The position numbers and the translations under genes are program-made. Positions 21,289 to 36,025 of a stretch of 64,000 nt of DNA are shown piece after piece. Under the pieces are notes generated by a model that made no database searches, was not told where the DNA came from, and worked only from the letters and a program-made list of their open reading frames with translations. The stretch spans positions 58,759-122,758 of the forward strand of contig DATLGJ010000020.1 of assembly GCA_035540555.1 (NCBI GenBank). The letters run 5' to 3'. This DNA comes from Candidatus Limnocylindrales bacterium. GTDB lineage: Bacteria > Chloroflexota > Limnocylindria > Limnocylindrales > CSP1-4. Each line of letters begins with the position of its first letter. Within the stretch, counting starts at the first letter, position 1.

Positions 21289-22338
21289 TCAGGCGGCACT
21301 GTTCTCTTCCTCGTCCCAGAGCAGCATCTCCTGGGCCAGCTCCTGCTCGCTCGAGAACAGCGCGCCGACCGATTCACCGCGGTGGATGCGCCTGATCGCC
21401 TCGCCGATCAGCGGAGCGACCGACAGCACTTTGATCTTGGGCAGGCGGCGGGACGGGGAGAGCGGGATCGTATCGGTCAGGACGACCTCGCCCAGCTCGG
21501 AGTCGCGGATGCGCTCGACTGCCGGATCCGACAACACGCCGTGGGTCGCGCAAGCATGGATCTCGGTGACCCCTTCGCGGATGAGCGCTCGGACCACCTC
21601 CATCAGCGTGCTTGCCGTGTCGATCTCGTCGTCGACGATGATCGCGCGCCTGCCGCGCACCTCGCCGATGACGTTCAGCAGCTCGGCCTTTCCAAGGTCG
21701 GCCGGGCTGGCGCCGGTTCCCGGGCGACGCTTCTCGATGACCGCCAGCGGAGCGTCGAGCAGCTCGGCGAAGGTGCGCGCCTTCTTGGCGAAGCCCAGGT
21801 CGGTCACCACCACCGGGTCGGCGATGCGCTGCTGGATGAAATAGTTGGAAAGCAGGTGGACGGCAGTCAGCTCATCGACCGGAATGGAGAAGAAGCCCTG
21901 GATCTGGCCCTGGTGCAGGTCCATCGTCAGCACTCGATCGGCGCCGGCCACGCTGATCATGTCGGCAACCAGCCGGGCCGTGATCGGCACCCGCGGCTGG
22001 TCCTTCTTGTCCGAACGGCCGTAGGCGTAGTACGGCACGACCGCCGTGATGCGCCCCGCGCTGGCGCGCTTGAAGGCGTCGATCATGATCAATAGCTCCA
22101 TGATCGACTTCTGGACCGGGCGGCAGGTCGGCTGGATGACGAAGACATCGCGGTCGCGCGCGTTGTCCTCGATGCGCACGAAGATGTTCTCGTTGGCGAA
22201 CTCGAACACCTCCGCCCGGCCCAGGTCGCGGCTCAGGTAGCGACCGATCTTGCGCGCCAGGTCCGGGTTGGCGTTGCCGGTATAGAGGTCGTAGTGGTCG
22301 CTGAAACCACTCGCCGCGCGACTACCGAACGCGCTCAC
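21289..22338 (-). CDS. prs: Ribose-phosphate pyrophosphokinase
   Basis: PYYAYGRSDKK, MDLHQGQIQGFF, IIVDDEIDTAST. Confidence 0.95.
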   Translation of the reverse strand: MSAFGSRAASGFSDHYDLYTGNANPDLARKIGRYLSRDLGRAEVFEFANENIFVRIEDNARDRDVFVIQPTCRPVQKSIMELLIMIDAFKRASAGRITAVVPYYAYGRSDKKDQPRVPITARLVADMISVAGADRVLTMDLHQGQIQGFFSIPVDELTAVHLLSNYFIQQRIADPVVVTDLGFAKKARTFAELLDAPLAVIEKRRPGTGASPADLGKAELLNVIGEVRGRRAIIVDDEIDTASTLMEVVRALIREGVTEIHACATHGVLSDPAVERIRDSELGEVVLTDTIPLSPSRRLPKIKVLSVAPLIGEAIRRIHRGESVGALFSSEQELAQEMLLWDEEENSAA

Positions 22339-22351
22339 GGCTCCGCTCCGC

Positions 22352-24907
22352 TCAGTTGGCTGCCGGCCCTGGTCCGGGGCCGCCCTCCAGGTCGTCATTC
22401 TCACCCATCTGGCGCTGTTCGGCCAGCCCTGCCCGGAAGACCGCGATGCCGGCGACGCTGTCGCCCTCGTTGAGGCGCATGACGATCACCCCGCGCGCGG
22501 CGCTGCTCTGGCGGCTGACGCTCCGCACGTCGGTTCGCACGATCTGGCCTGAGGCGCTGATGAGGAGCAGCTCCTCGTCCTGTTCGGAGACCATGTGCGC
22601 TGCCGCCACACGGCCGGTCTTCGCCCCCTCGAGCGGGATCAGGCGCACGCCCTGCCCGCCACGGTGCTTGCGCCGGAATTCGGACAGTGCCACACGCTTG
22701 CCGCGACCAGTCTCGGTCAGGACGAGCAGGTAGTCGTCGGCCGATGGCACGCCCATGAAGACGACCTCGTCACCTTGCCGAGCCAGCCTGATACCGATCA
22801 CGCCGCCTGCATCGCGGCCCATCGGACGGACCTCACGCTCGCCGAAGCGAGCCAGCCGACCAAGCGCCGTCACCAGCACGACGTCGTCGTTGCCCGACGA
22901 AACGGCCACCCACGCCAGCTCGTCGTCCGGGGCGACCGTGATCGCCCGGATGCCCGTCGAGCGAACCCTCTCGAAGTGCTCGATGGGCGTCTTCTTGATG
23001 ACGCCTCGGCGGGTCGCCATGACCATGTTGTGACCCTGCTCGAAGTTGGGGATGGTGGCAACCGCGAGCACGTGCTCGCCTGCTTCGACCTGCACGCCCT
23101 CCAGGTTGATGATCGGGATGCCCTTGGCCTGGCGTGAGGCGTCGGGGATGTAGTGAACCTTCGAGCTGAAGACGCGCCCGCGGTTGGTGAAGAACAGCGC
23201 CCAGTCGTGGGTGTTGGCCACGAGCAGGTGCTTGACGGCGTCCTCCTCGACCGTCGTCGCGCCGATGATGCCCTTGCCCCCGCGTGCCTGGCGCCGATAC
23301 GTGGCCAACGGCTGACGCTTGATGTAGCTGCGCGAGGAGACGGTGATCACGACGTCCTCGTCGGCGATCAGGTCCTCGTCGGTCATCTCGCGGTCGGCGT
23401 CGTCTTCGACGCGAGTCCGGCGGGGGCCAGCGTACTTGTTGGCGATCTCGTCGAGCTCGTCCTTGATGATGCGCAACACGCGCGCCGGGTTGGCCAGGAT
23501 GTCCTCCAGCTCGGCGATCAGCTGGATGGTGGCCAGGTACTCGTCTTCGATCTTCTTGCGCTCGAGGGCGGCCAGTCGGCGCAGCTGCATCTCGAGGATC
23601 GCGTTGGCCTGGACTTCACTCAGCTCGAACCGCTCGATCAGTCGGCGACGGGCGGTGTCCACATCGGCCGACTCGCGAATGGTGCTGATGACCGCGTCGA
23701 GGTTGTCGAGAGCGATCTTGAGGCCCTCGAGGATGTGCGCGCGATCGCGCGCCTTGGCCAGATCGAACTCGGTCCGTCGGCGGACCACCTCGCGCCGCCA
23801 GTCGATGTGGTGCTGGATGACCTGCTTCAGCGAAAGCGTCTGAGGCTGGCCGTCGACCAGGGCGAGCATGTTCAGGTTGAAGGCGACGCGCAGGGCCGTG
23901 TGCTTGAAGAGGTTGTTCAGCACCTTGTGCGGATTTACGTCGCGCTTGCACTCGATGACCAGACGCATCCCGTCGCGATCCGACTCGTCGCGAAGGTCCG
24001 CGATGCCGTCCACCTTCTTGTGCTGAACGAGGTCGGCGATCTTCTCGGCCAGGGCGGCCTTGTTGACCTGGTAGGGCAGCTCGGTGACGACGATCGCCAT
24101 CCGTCCCGCACGCGTCTCCTCGAAGGCGCACTGGGCCCGCATCACCACGCGGCCGCGGCCGCTGGCGTACATCTCGCGGATCGCGTCGACCTGCTCGTGC
24201 TGGCCGGTCAGCGTGTTGCGCCGCTTCTCGTAACGGAAGATCGTCGCACCGGTGGGGAAGTCCGGGCCGTGGACGTACTCGCACAGCTCGTCGTTGGTCA
24301 GCTGTGGGTCTTCGATCAGGGCGATCGTGGCGTCGGCCACCTCGCGCAGATTGTGCGGCGGGATATTGGTCGCCATCCCGACGGCAATGCCGGCGCTGCC
24401 GTTGACAAGCAGGTTGGGGAGCTTGGCCGGCAGCACCGACGGCTGCATGCGGCTGCCGTCGTAGTTCTCGACGAAGTCAACGGTGTCCTTGTCGATGTCC
24501 GCCAGCAGCTCGCCGGCGATTGCCGTCATGCGTGCTTCCGTGTAGCGCATCGCGGCCGGCGGATCGCCGTCGACCGAGCCGAAGTTTCCCTGCCCGTCGA
24601 CGAGGGGATAGCGCATCGAGAAGTCCTGCGCCAGCCGCACGAGAGCGTCGTAGAGAGCGACATCGCCGTGCGGGTGGTACTTGCCCATCACCTCACCGAC
24701 GATTGCGGCGCACTTGCGATAGCTCGAGGTGGACGACAGGCCCATCTCGTTCATCGTGTGCAGGATCCGTCGGTGGACTGGCTTGAGGCCATCCCGAACG
24801 TCGGGCAGCGCGCGGCTGACGATGACGCTCATGGCGTAGTCGAGATAGGAGCCGCGCAGCTCGTCCTCGATGCGGATGGGCAGCACGCGCCCGATGCTCT
24901 CGGTCAC
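22352..24907 (-). CDS. gyrA: DNA gyrase subunit A
   Basis: YHPHGD, AAMRYTE, GyrA box QARGGKG. Confidence 0.98.
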   Translation of the reverse strand: MTESIGRVLPIRIEDELRGSYLDYAMSVIVSRALPDVRDGLKPVHRRILHTMNEMGLSSTSSYRKCAAIVGEVMGKYHPHGDVALYDALVRLAQDFSMRYPLVDGQGNFGSVDGDPPAAMRYTEARMTAIAGELLADIDKDTVDFVENYDGSRMQPSVLPAKLPNLLVNGSAGIAVGMATNIPPHNLREVADATIALIEDPQLTNDELCEYVHGPDFPTGATIFRYEKRRNTLTGQHEQVDAIREMYASGRGRVVMRAQCAFEETRAGRMAIVVTELPYQVNKAALAEKIADLVQHKKVDGIADLRDESDRDGMRLVIECKRDVNPHKVLNNLFKHTALRVAFNLNMLALVDGQPQTLSLKQVIQHHIDWRREVVRRRTEFDLAKARDRAHILEGLKIALDNLDAVISTIRESADVDTARRRLIERFELSEVQANAILEMQLRRLAALERKKIEDEYLATIQLIAELEDILANPARVLRIIKDELDEIANKYAGPRRTRVEDDADREMTDEDLIADEDVVITVSSRSYIKRQPLATYRRQARGGKGIIGATTVEEDAVKHLLVANTHDWALFFTNRGRVFSSKVHYIPDASRQAKGIPIINLEGVQVEAGEHVLAVATIPNFEQGHNMVMATRRGVIKKTPIEHFERVRSTGIRAITVAPDDELAWVAVSSGNDDVVLVTALGRLARFGEREVRPMGRDAGGVIGIRLARQGDEVVFMGVPSADDYLLVLTETGRGKRVALSEFRRKHRGGQGVRLIPLEGAKTGRVAAAHMVSEQDEELLLISASGQIVRTDVRSVSRQSSAARGVIVMRLNEGDSVAGIAVFRAGLAEQRQMGENDDLEGGPGPGPAAN

Positions 24908-28725
<3,818 letters not shown>

Positions 28726-28729
<4 letters not shown>

Positions 28730-29529
28730 GCCGTTACCACGCTGTCTGAAGGATCCTTGGCCTGGCTTTGCCGGTGGCCACGCAGCTCGTCGGCAAGCGC
28801 TCGATATGCCTGCGCTCCGCGGGAATCGGGGCTGTAGCGGGCGATCGGGCGGCCATAGCTGGGCGCTTCTGCCAGACGCACGCTACGCGGCACCACGGTA
28901 GTAAAGACGCGACCGCCGAGGTGATTTCGTACCTCCGCCGCAACGTCGGCCGAGAGCGTGGTGCGGCCGTCGTACATCGTCAGCAGCACTCCCGCCAGGC
29001 GGAGGCGCGGATTCAGGTGCTCGCGCACGAGGTCAATGGTCGAGAGCAACTGGCTCAGGCCTTCCAACGCGTAGTACTCGCACTGGATCGGGACGAGAAC
29101 GCCGTCGGCTGCTGTGAGGGCATTGACGGTGAGGAGGCCCACCGCCGGTGGGCAGTCAAGCAAGACGTGGTCATATCCGTCTCGGATGCCAGCGAGCGCA
29201 CGTTCGAGGCGGCGCTCGCGATGCTCGATCGCAACCAGCTCGACCTCAGCGCCCGCCAGGTCGCGAGCTGACGGAATGATCCAAAGTCCCTCCACCTGTG
29301 TCCCCCTGACCAGGCCCTCGGCCGGCTCGTCCCCGACGAGCGCCTGGTAAACAGAGGACTCCTCGATGTTGCGGTCAAGCCCAAGGCCACTCGTCGCGTT
29401 GCCCTGAGGGTCGAGATCGACCACCAGGACCCGCTCGCCGGCCAGCGCGAGATAGGTGGCCAAATTGATGACCGTAGTGGTCTTGCCGACGCCGCCCTTC
29501 TGGTTCGCGCAGGCGATGACTTCGCCCAC
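28726..29529 (-). CDS. parA: Chromosome partitioning ATPase ParA/Soj
   Basis: NQKGGVGKTT, DLDPQGN, QCEYYALEG, EAPSYG. Confidence 0.95.
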
Positions 29530-29643
29530 TCAACGGCCGAGGCGGTATGCATCCACGTCGATTGATTCTACCGGAGACGCTCCGGTCACGGGTGGTGACA
29601 CGGCTTCACGGTGCCCGCACTTGCTTAGCCCCCGCTTCGACGC

Positions 29644-29659
29644 TGTTTCACGTGAAACA
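29644..29659. promoter_or_regulatory. parS: parS centromere site
   Basis: Perfect TGTTTCACGTGAAACA just upstream of parA. Confidence 0.95.
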
Positions 29660-29808
29660 CTGCGATGCATGGCCCGAAAAGACCACGGCGACCTGCTGCG
29701 ACCCACGACGGGGGGCACGCCCGAGCCGTTCTATACTGATCGCTCGGTGCACCGGCCGACGACGTCAGCCGACCCGCGACGGCAGGTGCTCGCGGAGATT
29801 GCCACACC

Positions 29809-30306
29809 TTGACCCTGCCTTTCGCTGCGCTGGGCGCGCTGGTCGCAGCCTTGATCGAGACGAGCATCGCGCCGGAGCTGACCCTCGTCGGCGCCCAGGC
29901 GGATGTCGTTCTCACGCTGGCCGTGCTGGCGGCGTTCCTCATGGGATTCGAGGACGGCCTCGTCTGGGCCTTCCTGGGGGGATTGATGTTGGACCTGCTG
30001 ATCCCGGGGCGGCCCATCGGCGCTACCGCGCTCACTCTACTGCTCATTGTCGGGCTGGTAGGGCTGGCCGCTCGGGTGCCCGGCCCTCGCAAGACGCTTG
30101 CGGTGGCCGCGGTCTTCGCCATGACGTGGCTATTTCATCTGCTGCTCATCGGGATCATGGCGGCCACCGAGGGGGTGATGCTGGGCTCGTTCCAGCCGAT
30201 CGTTGTGCTGTCGGCCGCGTTCCTGAACTCGTTGATGGCGCTAGTTGCCGCGCTCGGGTTCGACGCTCTCGGACGCCGTCTGGCACCCGAGCGCGCGGAA
30301 TGGTAG
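29809..30306 (+). CDS. mreD: Rod shape-determining protein MreD
   Basis: Multi-TM protein with WAFLGGLMLDLL, directly before PBP2. Confidence 0.8.
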   Translation: MTLPFAALGALVAALIETSIAPELTLVGAQADVVLTLAVLAAFLMGFEDGLVWAFLGGLMLDLLIPGRPIGATALTLLLIVGLVGLAARVPGPRKTLAVAAVFAMTWLFHLLLIGIMAATEGVMLGSFQPIVVLSAAFLNSLMALVAALGFDALGRRLAPERAEW

Positions 30307-30316
30307 CGGCGACGTC

Positions 30317-32212
30317 ATGACCGACATGCCTGGATTCCCGCCCCCGCGTCAGCGTCTGCTCTTCAGGTTCGGCGTATTCGGCCTATGCCTGGTGCTGGTG
30401 CTCGGAGTGCTCACCACACGCCTGTTCACCCTGCAGATTGCAGGCGGCGGCCCGTCTGGCGGCCGGGCCAGCGAGGCTCGGCTCACGCTGCAGCCGATCC
30501 GGTCGCCACGTGGCTTGATCTACGACCGAGCCGGGCGCCTGCTGGCCTTCAACGTGCCCTCCTACGTCGTCCGGGTCAGGCCTGCGGACCTGCCCCTTCC
30601 TCAGCGGCCAGAAGTGGTCGGCCGGCTTTCTGCGCTGTTGGACATGCCGCAGCAGCAGATCATCGAAGCGCTGGACCGCAACGCCGGGCTGCTGTATGAC
30701 CCCGTTCGTATCGCTTCGGACATTCCGATCGAGGTGGCAAGCATCCTCGAAGAGGAGGCCCGCTTCCTGCCCGGCGTTGAAGTTGTGGTGGAGGACCGCC
30801 GCCAGTACGACTACGGCCCGCTCGTCAGCCAGGTGCTGGGCTACACCGGTTCGGTGACGCCCAGCGATCTGAACCGGCTGGCGGGGATGGGCTACCTCAA
30901 CAACGACGTTCTGGGCAAGGCCGGCGTCGAGGCTACCTTCGAGGAGCGCCTGCGCGGCTCGTATGGTGTCGAGCAGGTGGAGCGGGACGGCTCCGGCAGG
31001 GTCATCCGGACCGTCTCTGTGGTCCAGCCGCCCGAGGCGGGAAGCTCGATCGAGCTGACGATCGATGTTGAGATGCAGCAGCAGGCGGAGCAGGCCCTCG
31101 GTTGGGCGATGGAGCTGATCGGACTTGAGCGGGGCGTGGTCATCGTGATGAACCCGCAGACGGGCGAGATCCTCGCGATGGTCTCGCTGCCGACCTACGA
31201 CAACAACACTTTCGCGCGCGGCATCTCCCAGGACGACTATCAGGCTCTGCTCAACGATCCGCGCAAACCGCTTGTGAACCACGCCATCAGCGAGCAGTAC
31301 CCGCCGGGCTCGACGTACAAGATGGTTACCGGCGCCGGTGCTCTGCAGGATGGCATCGTCACTGCCCGCCAGAAGCTCGAGACGGCGCCATACCTCGAGA
31401 TCAACGGATACAAGTTCTGGGAATGGAACCGTAAAGGCTTCGGGCCGATGGACCTCTATGACGCCTTCGGTCGGTCTGCGGGCACGTACTTCTTTCAGCT
31501 CGCCGGCCGGATGGGCATCGATCGGCTGGCACACTGGGCCCACCAGTTCGGCTTCGGACACCGGACCGGCATCGATCTCCCCGGGGAAGCCCGGGGGATC
31601 ATCCCGACTGACAAGTGGAAGCGGGAGGTCTTCAACCAGCCGATCTACCCGGGCGAGGTCTACCAGGCGGGGATCGGACAGGGCTACAACACCTCGACGG
31701 TCCTGCAGGTCCTCAACGCCTACTGCGCGCTGGCCAACGGGGGCAGCCTGCTCAAGCCGCAGATCGTCCGCCGTGTGCTGGACAACAGCGGCGAGGTGGT
31801 CCGTGACTTCCAGCCGGAGCTGATCCATGAGCTCGAGCTGGACGACCAGGTTCTGCTCGAGCTCCGTCGCGCAGCCCGGCGGACCGTCACCATCGGCCAT
31901 ACCGGCAACCTCGTTGATATGCCGATCGTGGTATCCGGCAAGACCGGCACCGCCGAGTTCGGCGTTCGCGACTCCGAGGGCAGGCTGCCCATCCACTACT
32001 GGTTCACCGGCTATGTGTCGAAGCCGGCTGCGGACGGGCAGGCTGATCCGGAGGCCGCCACCTCGGAGCTGGCAATCGTCGCGTTTGCCTACAACGCCAA
32101 GACGCGCGGCAATGCGGCGACCGAGATCGTGAAGTATTTCCTCCAGCTCCACTATGGATTGGAGGAGGACTACCGAAGGGTCGATCTGCTGACCGAGTAC
32201 GGCGGCACCTGA
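30317..32212 (+). CDS. mrdA: Penicillin-binding protein 2
   Basis: PRGLIYDR, YPPGSTYK, KTGTAE. Confidence 0.92.
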   Translation: MTDMPGFPPPRQRLLFRFGVFGLCLVLVLGVLTTRLFTLQIAGGGPSGGRASEARLTLQPIRSPRGLIYDRAGRLLAFNVPSYVVRVRPADLPLPQRPEVVGRLSALLDMPQQQIIEALDRNAGLLYDPVRIASDIPIEVASILEEEARFLPGVEVVVEDRRQYDYGPLVSQVLGYTGSVTPSDLNRLAGMGYLNNDVLGKAGVEATFEERLRGSYGVEQVERDGSGRVIRTVSVVQPPEAGSSIELTIDVEMQQQAEQALGWAMELIGLERGVVIVMNPQTGEILAMVSLPTYDNNTFARGISQDDYQALLNDPRKPLVNHAISEQYPPGSTYKMVTGAGALQDGIVTARQKLETAPYLEINGYKFWEWNRKGFGPMDLYDAFGRSAGTYFFQLAGRMGIDRLAHWAHQFGFGHRTGIDLPGEARGIIPTDKWKREVFNQPIYPGEVYQAGIGQGYNTSTVLQVLNAYCALANGGSLLKPQIVRRVLDNSGEVVRDFQPELIHELELDDQVLLELRRAARRTVTIGHTGNLVDMPIVVSGKTGTAEFGVRDSEGRLPIHYWFTGYVSKPAADGQADPEAATSELAIVAFAYNAKTRGNAATEIVKYFLQLHYGLEEDYRRVDLLTEYGGT

Positions 32213-32215
32213 TCG

Positions 32216-33367
32216 ATGGGTGCGATGCGCGTCGAACGCGGCATGAGCGACACGTTCACGGCCCGGGCGCCGGCGGCTTCGTGGCGCTCGTTCGATGTCC
32301 AGCTGGCGTTCTACGCCCTGGCGCTGGCCGTTCTCGGTCTGATGATGGCCTACACCAACAGCGTCGGGGCGCCGCTGGCGGCAGGCTCCGTCTTCACCCG
32401 CGGCCTGATGTGGTTCGCCATCGCGCTGGTGGTCTATGTCGTCGCGGCCGCCTTCGACTACCGCTGGCTGCGAACGCTGGCCTGGCTCGTCTACCTCGTC
32501 AACATCGTTCTGCTGATCGTGACGCTTGCCGTTGGCAGCGGTGTGGGCGGTGTCTCGCGCTGGGTGTCGATCTTCGGCCTGCAGTTCCAGTTCTCAGAGG
32601 TCGCCAAGATCCTGATGATCGGCGTGCTTGCCGCGTACGTGGCTGCCCGACGGGACAGCATGAACCGGCTATCGACCCTGATCGGGGCGGGGATCCTGAT
32701 GGGCCCGCCGTTCGTGCTGGTCATGATCCAGCCGGACCTCGGGACCTCGCTCGTGTTCGTGGCTGTCTTCTTCGGCATCCTTTTCATGAGCGGGATGCGC
32801 CTTCGCTGGCTGCTCCTGCCGGTGGCGGCCGCGCTGGCCGCATTTCCCATTCTCTGGACCATCCTGCAGGACTACCAGAAGCGGCGCCTTCTGTCCTTCC
32901 TGGATCCGAGCGCCGATCCCCTGGGCGCCGGTTTCCAGGTCATCCAATCGCAGCTGGCCGTCAGTGCAGGCGGCATGTTCGGGCGCGGCCTGAGCGGGGG
33001 AGGGACGGGCACCGAGCTTCTGCCCGTGCAGTCGACCGACTTTGCCGCCGCCGTGCTCTTCCAGGAGCTCGGCTTCGTCGGTGGAGTGGTGACTTTCGCC
33101 CTGTTCGGCCTGCTGATCTGGCGGATCCTTGTCGTCGGCTGGCGATCCGACGATCTCTTCGGGTTGGCTTTCGCCGCTGGAGTGGCGTCGATGCTCCTCT
33201 TCCAGCTGATCGTCAACGTCGGCATGGTGTTGGGGATCATGCCCGTTACGGGGATCCCCCTGCCCTTCGTGACGCACGGCGGGGCGTCGCTGATCAGCAT
33301 CGCGCTGGGTCTCGGGCTCCTTCAGGCCGTGGCGATGCGCCGCACGATCCCCGACTGGCAGGACTAG
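32216..33367 (+). CDS. rodA: SEDS peptidoglycan polymerase RodA
   Basis: QFSEVAK, QPDLGT, TDF, PVTGIPLPFVTHGG. Confidence 0.9.
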   Translation: MGAMRVERGMSDTFTARAPAASWRSFDVQLAFYALALAVLGLMMAYTNSVGAPLAAGSVFTRGLMWFAIALVVYVVAAAFDYRWLRTLAWLVYLVNIVLLIVTLAVGSGVGGVSRWVSIFGLQFQFSEVAKILMIGVLAAYVAARRDSMNRLSTLIGAGILMGPPFVLVMIQPDLGTSLVFVAVFFGILFMSGMRLRWLLLPVAAALAAFPILWTILQDYQKRRLLSFLDPSADPLGAGFQVIQSQLAVSAGGMFGRGLSGGGTGTELLPVQSTDFAAAVLFQELGFVGGVVTFALFGLLIWRILVVGWRSDDLFGLAFAAGVASMLLFQLIVNVGMVLGIMPVTGIPLPFVTHGGASLISIALGLGLLQAVAMRRTIPDWQD

Positions 33368-33419
33368 CGCCACTCGCGCTCTTATGCCTGAGGCCCTTGA
33401 CAACACCTGCCGCGGCGGG

Positions 33420-33431
33420 GTGATATATCAC
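33420..33431. promoter_or_regulatory. Putative GntR autoregulatory operator
   Basis: Palindrome GTGATATATCAC abutting the ATG; TTGACA at 33397. Confidence 0.55.
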
Positions 33432-34109
33432 ATGCCACTGCCCCAGCGTCCTCCATCCGAGCGGGTTCTCATGCGCCAGGAGGCTTACCAGGAGCTCCGT
33501 CGCCTGATCCTCAGTGGCGAACTCGACGCCGGCGAGCGGCTACGGGATCACGAGATCGCGCGCTGGCTATCGGTCAGTCGGACGCCGGTGCGCGAGGCGC
33601 TGACGCGGCTGGTCGATGACGGGCTCGTCGAGATGGCACCCAACCGCTACACGCGCGTCCGCCCCATCGACCCACGTGATGTGGCCGGCTATCCGGTCGC
33701 GGCGGCGCTCCACGGCCTGGTAGCACTCCACGCCGCCGCTTCGCCGGCGCTCGGCGACGCTCTCGACTCCCTGTCGGAAGCCGCCGAGCGGTATGCCTGG
33801 GCGAGGCTGCGCGAGGACGGCCCGGAGCTGATCGCTGCGGATGACGAGCTCCACGCGATCCTGGCGCAGGTAGCAGGAAACCCGGTCCTGGAGGAGGAGC
33901 TGTCCCGCCTCGGGCCCCGCCTGCGGCGGCTTGAGCTCGCCGCCGGGCAGGAGCTGGCGGCCGTGCGGCCCGACGGGCACGGGTTGCTGCTCGATGCGCT
34001 GGCCGCCGGTGACGGTGACGCGGCGAGGAGCCTCGCGGAAAGGGAGCTGACCGAGCTGGCAGCGCGGGTCGAGTCTGTCCTCAGGCGCGGCGGCCCAGCA
34101 GCTCCGTGA
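33432..34109 (+). CDS. GntR/FCD family regulator
   Basis: LSVSRTPVREAL wHTH; FCD-like DELH...GNPVL. Confidence 0.9.
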   Translation: MPLPQRPPSERVLMRQEAYQELRRLILSGELDAGERLRDHEIARWLSVSRTPVREALTRLVDDGLVEMAPNRYTRVRPIDPRDVAGYPVAAALHGLVALHAAASPALGDALDSLSEAAERYAWARLREDGPELIAADDELHAILAQVAGNPVLEEELSRLGPRLRRLELAAGQELAAVRPDGHGLLLDALAAGDGDAARSLAERELTELAARVESVLRRGGPAAP

Positions 34110-34542
34110 TCTCGGTCCGGTACTGGCGTCCAGCGGGGACGCGCATCAGCCACTCGAGAAAGTCCGGGTCGCTGCGCTTGACCTGGCCAAGGGTCCAGCC
34201 GGCGTAGCGCCCAAACTCCAGGACGCTGCCCTCTGGCGGTCCGGGAGGCATGCCGGCGGGGCCAAGCGGCACATCGCCGGGACGCTTGAGGATTCGGTCG
34301 GTCGCTCGTCGATCGCGCCGAAGCGACAGCTCATGGTCGTAGGCCGCCCGCTGGATCGGATCGCGAGCGATGGCGTATGCCTCGTTGATCTCGCGCATCC
34401 GGCGCGCGGCCTCGGCACTCGGGTCCGCGTCCGGGTGGTAGCGACGAGCGAGCTTGCGGTAGACGGCGTGAATGATCTCGGCGTCTGCCTCTTGGTCGAC
34501 CATGAGCACCTTGTAGATGGTGCGGCGCGGATCGACGATCAT
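34081..34542 (-). CDS. J-domain protein with short C-terminal domain
   Basis: YRKLARRYHPD, INEAY; C-terminal FGRYAGWTL...DPDFLEWL. Confidence 0.8.
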   Translation of the reverse strand: MIVDPRRTIYKVLMVDQEADAEIIHAVYRKLARRYHPDADPSAEAARRMREINEAYAIARDPIQRAAYDHELSLRRDRRATDRILKRPGDVPLGPAGMPPGPPEGSVLEFGRYAGWTLGQVKRSDPDFLEWLMRVPAGRQYRTEITELLGRRA

Positions 34543-34671
34543 CTTCCCCTCATCAGATGACGCATGGATGTTTCCAGCGACTTCGAGCGATGATGCTTGC
34601 CGTCCCCGGCTGGCGCCACAGGACCTTCGTGTTGCGCCAGGGCGCCAGCATACCCACCCAGGCGGGGCTGA

Positions 34672-34700
34672 TTGACGCTTGGGCTGCTCGACGGTACCAT
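34672..34700 (+). promoter_or_regulatory. Sigma70-type promoter of the rplU operon
   Basis: TTGACG-17 nt-TACCAT. Confidence 0.6.
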
Positions 34701-34799
34701 CGCTGATCGCGCCCGCAGTCTGGCACACGTCGGCAGCGCGCGCCTCCAGTCCCAACAGTCCGACGCCCACTCAACGTGCGCCCGGCAACCCGGAGAGAA

Positions 34800-35474
34800 A
34801 TGTACGCAGTCATCGAAACAAGCGGCCGCCAGTACCGCGTCGAGCTGGGCAGCGAGATCGAGCTGGACCAGCTGGATGCCGAGCCGGGCTCGACCATCGA
34901 GCTCGGGCGTGTGCTGCTGGTCGCCGACGGTGACGATGCCCACATCGGCCAGCCGGTCGTCGACGGCGCCCGCGTCACGGGTGAGGTCGTGCGCCACGAT
35001 CGGGGCGACAAGATCGTCGTGTTCAAGTACCGGCCCAAGGCGCGAACGCGCGTCAAGAAGGGCCATCGCGCCGACCTGACCATCGTGCGCATCTCGGACA
35101 TCGTGCTCAACGGGCGCAGCGCGGCCGACCAGGCCGATGCGCAGGCGCGCAGGGAGGCCGAGGCACGCCAGGCGGCCGAGAAGGAGGCTGCGCGGAAAGC
35201 AGCTGCCGACAAGGCGCTCGCCGACAGGCTGGCTGCGGAACACGCCGCCGAGTCAGCGACTGACGAGCCCGAGCAGGCGACCGGCACTGCCAGGTCGCGC
35301 GGCTCGGGGAAGGGGACGGCACGAGCGAACACCGCGGAGAAGGCCGGTAAGTCCTCCAAGGCGAACCAGGCCAAAGGTCAGAGCGAGCCCAAGCGTCGAA
35401 CGACGCGGGCAACGGCCGCATCCGATGAGGCCTCCGAGGCGGATACCGATACCGATAACGAGAAGGACGAGTAA
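34800..35474 (+). CDS. rplU: 50S ribosomal protein L21 with long C-terminal extension
   Basis: [27 protein letters not shown]. Confidence 0.95.
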   Translation: MYAVIETSGRQYRVELGSEIELDQLDAEPGSTIELGRVLLVADGDDAHIGQPVVDGARVTGEVVRHDRGDKIVVFKYRPKARTRVKKGHRADLTIVRISDIVLNGRSAADQADAQARREAEARQAAEKEAARKAAADKALADRLAAEHAAESATDEPEQATGTARSRGSGKGTARANTAEKAGKSSKANQAKGQSEPKRRTTRATAASDEASEADTDTDNEKDE

Positions 35475-35479
35475 CCGAA

Positions 35480-35767
35480 ATGGCTCACAAGAAGGCTGGC
35501 TCAAGCTCGAAGAACGGCCGCGACAGCGTTGGCCAGCGCCTCGGTGTCAAGGCTGGCGACGGACAGCTCGTGTCAGCCGGATCGATCATCGTCAGGCAGC
35601 GCGGGATGACCTTCCTGGCCGGCCCGGGCACCGACCTCGGCCGTGACTACACGCTGTTCGCAACCATCGATGGACGGGTGAAGTTCGAGCACCAGCGGCG
35701 CGACAAGAAGCGCGTTCGCGTTGTGGCCGACGAGCCGGTCTCGGCCGGTACGGGTGACGCGGCATGA
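35480..35767 (+). CDS. rpmA: 50S ribosomal protein L27
   Basis: [16 protein letters not shown]. Confidence 0.97.
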   Translation: MAHKKAGSSSKNGRDSVGQRLGVKAGDGQLVSAGSIIVRQRGMTFLAGPGTDLGRDYTLFATIDGRVKFEHQRRDKKRVRVVADEPVSAGTGDAA

Positions 35768-35976
35768 AGGCAGACACTCATCCCGCCTACCACCGTGCGC
35801 AGGTGACCTGCGGGTCGTGCCACACCACGTTTGAGGTTGGCTCGACGCAGACCACCCTGCGCGTGGAAATCTGCTCGAACTGCCATCCCTTCTTCACGGG
35901 CAAGCAGACCATCGTGGACACCGCCGGCCAGGTCGAGCGCTTCCAGCGCCGTCTCGAGCGGTCCGCGCGCGCCTGA
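35764..35976 (+). CDS. rpmE: 50S ribosomal protein L31 (Zn-binding type)
   Basis: [18 protein letters not shown]. Confidence 0.97.
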   Translation: MKADTHPAYHRAQVTCGSCHTTFEVGSTQTTLRVEICSNCHPFFTGKQTIVDTAGQVERFQRRLERSARA

Positions 35977-36025
35977 TACCCATCGCTTGAGCGCCGCCAG
36001 CCCGGCGCGCACGTAGACTCTGCCG

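Noticed and set aside
29530-29808. oriC in the parA-mreD intergenic region
   Set aside because: No DnaA boxes or AT-rich unwinding element seen
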